Source: an uncultured Acidobacteriota bacterium
Lineage (GTDB): Bacteria > Acidobacteriota > Thermoanaerobaculia > UBA5066 > DATFVB01
Direction: 5' to 3'
Assembly: GCA_963813155.1 (NCBI GenBank)
Contig: CAWEYG010000003.1
Span: forward strand, 512,001-576,000
DNA length: 64,000 nucleotides
Below, piece by piece: positions 62,487 to 64,000 of the stretch. The translations under genes were made by a program, and so were the position numbers. The notes below the pieces were generated by a model. It was given only the letters and a program-made list of their open reading frames with translations. It was not told the DNA's origin and did not search any database. How positions within the stretch are numbered: position 1 is the first letter of the stretch; every line of letters begins with the position of its first letter.

Positions 62487-62529
62487 TGCCGGCCGAAACG
62501 CATCGCGGATTCCGCCCGAGGATGCTCGC

Positions 62530-63591
62530 ATGACGGCCGGTTTTCGGACGACGTTCCCGCCCGGACCCGACGACTATCTCGCCGCCCTGTCGCGCGGCCG
62601 CTGGAATCGCGAATTCGAGGAGCCCTGCCGCGGCCTCGAAGGAGTGCTGGAAGTCTCCGATCTGCTGTGCCTCCCGGTCCCGGGTTCCGGTCTCTCCCTC
62701 GCGGCCGCCGCACAGTCCCACCCGGACGCCGACATCTTCGCGATGGACTCCTCGGCGAGCGAGCCGGAGCTGCGATGGAAGCCGCCGGCCGCGTCGACGC
62801 TCCGCGAGCTCGAGGCGGGCGCCGGAGCTCCGGGCGGGGACACCTTCGTCCTGTCGGCGGAGCCGCGAAACGCGCCGGTGCGATTCCGTCGCGCCGCGGG
62901 CGAGCCCGGGCGCCTCGTCGCGGCATCCGGATTTCGGGTGCTTCGAGTTCCCGTGACCTTCGGCGTCCGCGAGGAGATCCTCGCGAGAATTCCCGAAACG
63001 GCGCGGCGGCTCCTCGACGTCGGGTGCGGCGCCGGAGAGACCGCGGCCGAGGCCCGGCGCCGCATTCCCGGCCTCCGGGCGGCCGGGATCGACCGACACC
63101 CCGGGCTCGCGGAAGCGGCGTCTCGGAATCTCGACGAGTTCTTCTCCGGCGAAGCCGCGGAAGGATTTGCCGAGCTCGAGCGGCGCGGCGCTCGTTTCGA
63201 CACGATCGTCTTCGCCGACTTTCTCGAGCACACGGAGGATCCGTATGTCGTGCTGAAGACGGCGCTTCGGCTCGCGGAGCCCGGCGCGACCCTGATCGTC
63301 AGCGTGCCGAATGCGGCCAGCCTCCCCGTGGTCGAGGACCTCCTCCTCGGACGGTTCGACCCCGTCGCCGCCGGGCCCGCGGACGCGGGGCACCTTCGGT
63401 GGTTCACCCGCCGGCTCCTCGGGGAGCTCCTCGAGAGCGTCGGGCTTCGGGAGATTCGCCTCTCGCCGGTCCCGGTGCCGTCGGACGGGACGGAATTCCT
63501 GGCCCGTCTTCGGGCTTCCCGCGTTGCGCACCTCCCCGAAGAGCTGTGCGCGATTCAGTGGCTCGCGACGGCGACCGTGCCGAAAGAATAG
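62530..63591 (+). CDS. Class I SAM methyltransferase with uncharacterised N-terminal region
   Basis: LLDVGCGAG, FDTIVFADFLEH, SVPN, HLRWFT. Confidence 0.82.
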   Translation: MTAGFRTTFPPGPDDYLAALSRGRWNREFEEPCRGLEGVLEVSDLLCLPVPGSGLSLAAAAQSHPDADIFAMDSSASEPELRWKPPAASTLRELEAGAGAPGGDTFVLSAEPRNAPVRFRRAAGEPGRLVAASGFRVLRVPVTFGVREEILARIPETARRLLDVGCGAGETAAEARRRIPGLRAAGIDRHPGLAEAASRNLDEFFSGEAAEGFAELERRGARFDTIVFADFLEHTEDPYVVLKTALRLAEPGATLIVSVPNAASLPVVEDLLLGRFDPVAAGPADAGHLRWFTRRLLGELLESVGLREIRLSPVPVPSDGTEFLARLRASRVAHLPEELCAIQWLATATVPKE

Positions 63592-63603
63592 CGAGCCCTC
63601 CGG

Positions 63604-64000
63604 TCAGGTCCGGTTCTTCCTCCGGCCGCCCGAATAACGCTGTTGCAGAAACGTGATGGTGGCCGCGATGCCGAAACCGGTCGCCCCCGCGGGGTAGCCG
63701 GCGCGAGCCTTCTCGAAATGGGCGGTTCCGGCGATGTCGCAATGAGCCCACGGCACGCCTTCGGGAACGAACTCCTTCAGGAAAGCTGCGGCCGAGACCG
63801 TCCCGCCCCATCTTCCGCCGGAATTCTTCATGTCCGCGTAGTCCGAGCGGAGCAGGTCCCGGTACTCGTCCCAGAGCGGCAGCCTCCAGAAGCGGTCGCC
63901 GGTTTTCTCGCCTGCCGCGATCAGGTCGTCCGCGAGGGAATCGTCGTTGCTCATCAATCCGGCGCACTCGTTTCCGAGCGCGACGACGACGGCGCCCGTC
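63604..64000 (-). CDS. pepA: Leucyl aminopeptidase (M17), C-terminal part
   Basis: [29 protein letters not shown]. Confidence 0.92.
   Translation of the reverse strand, partial: TGAVVVALGNECAGLMSNDDSLADDLIAAGEKTGDRFWRLPLWDEYRDLLRSDYADMKNSGGRWGGTVSAAAFLKEFVPEGVPWAHCDIAGTAHFEKARAGYPAGATGFGIAATITFLQQRYSGGRRKNRT

Overview
GC-rich bacterial chromosomal window. The Cys-rich RpoB N-terminal insert and the rplM-rpsI-rpsB-tsf order suggest Acidobacteriota; a Thermoanaerobaculia-like placement is a weaker inference. About 40 kb (17.0-56.8 kb, minus strand) is a complete translation/transcription supercluster: rplM-rpsI-rpsB-tsf-pyrH-frr-ispD-ispF-rlmB, tRNA Thr/Tyr/Gly/Thr-tuf-rpmG-tRNA Trp-secE-nusG-rplKAJL-rpoBC, then the str, S10, spc and alpha operons. 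The left flank holds asnS-rimO-ribF, a divergent accessory cluster (two methyltransferase-fold genes plus four GT-C-type membrane glycosyltransferases, two fused to Ig-like domains), lemA-htpX-folE, and a hypothetical-pilT-BtuF-like operon. The right flank holds menG-folD-coaE, rdgB, a Zn-ribbon Ser/Thr kinase, an aldo/keto reductase, a methyltransferase and a partial pepA. Best candidates for novelty: (i) the GT-C glycosylation cluster with a glycine-riboswitch-like structured RNA in front of two mannosyltransferase paralogs; (ii) Lys/Ala/Pro-rich extensions on several ribosomal proteins; (iii) recurrent leaderless and bidirectional promoters and CTG starts. Three apparent +1 frameshifts (tuf, rplO, pilT) are probably sequencing errors. 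No CRISPR array, rRNA or mobile element was seen. All family assignments come from motif recognition by eye; no searches were run.
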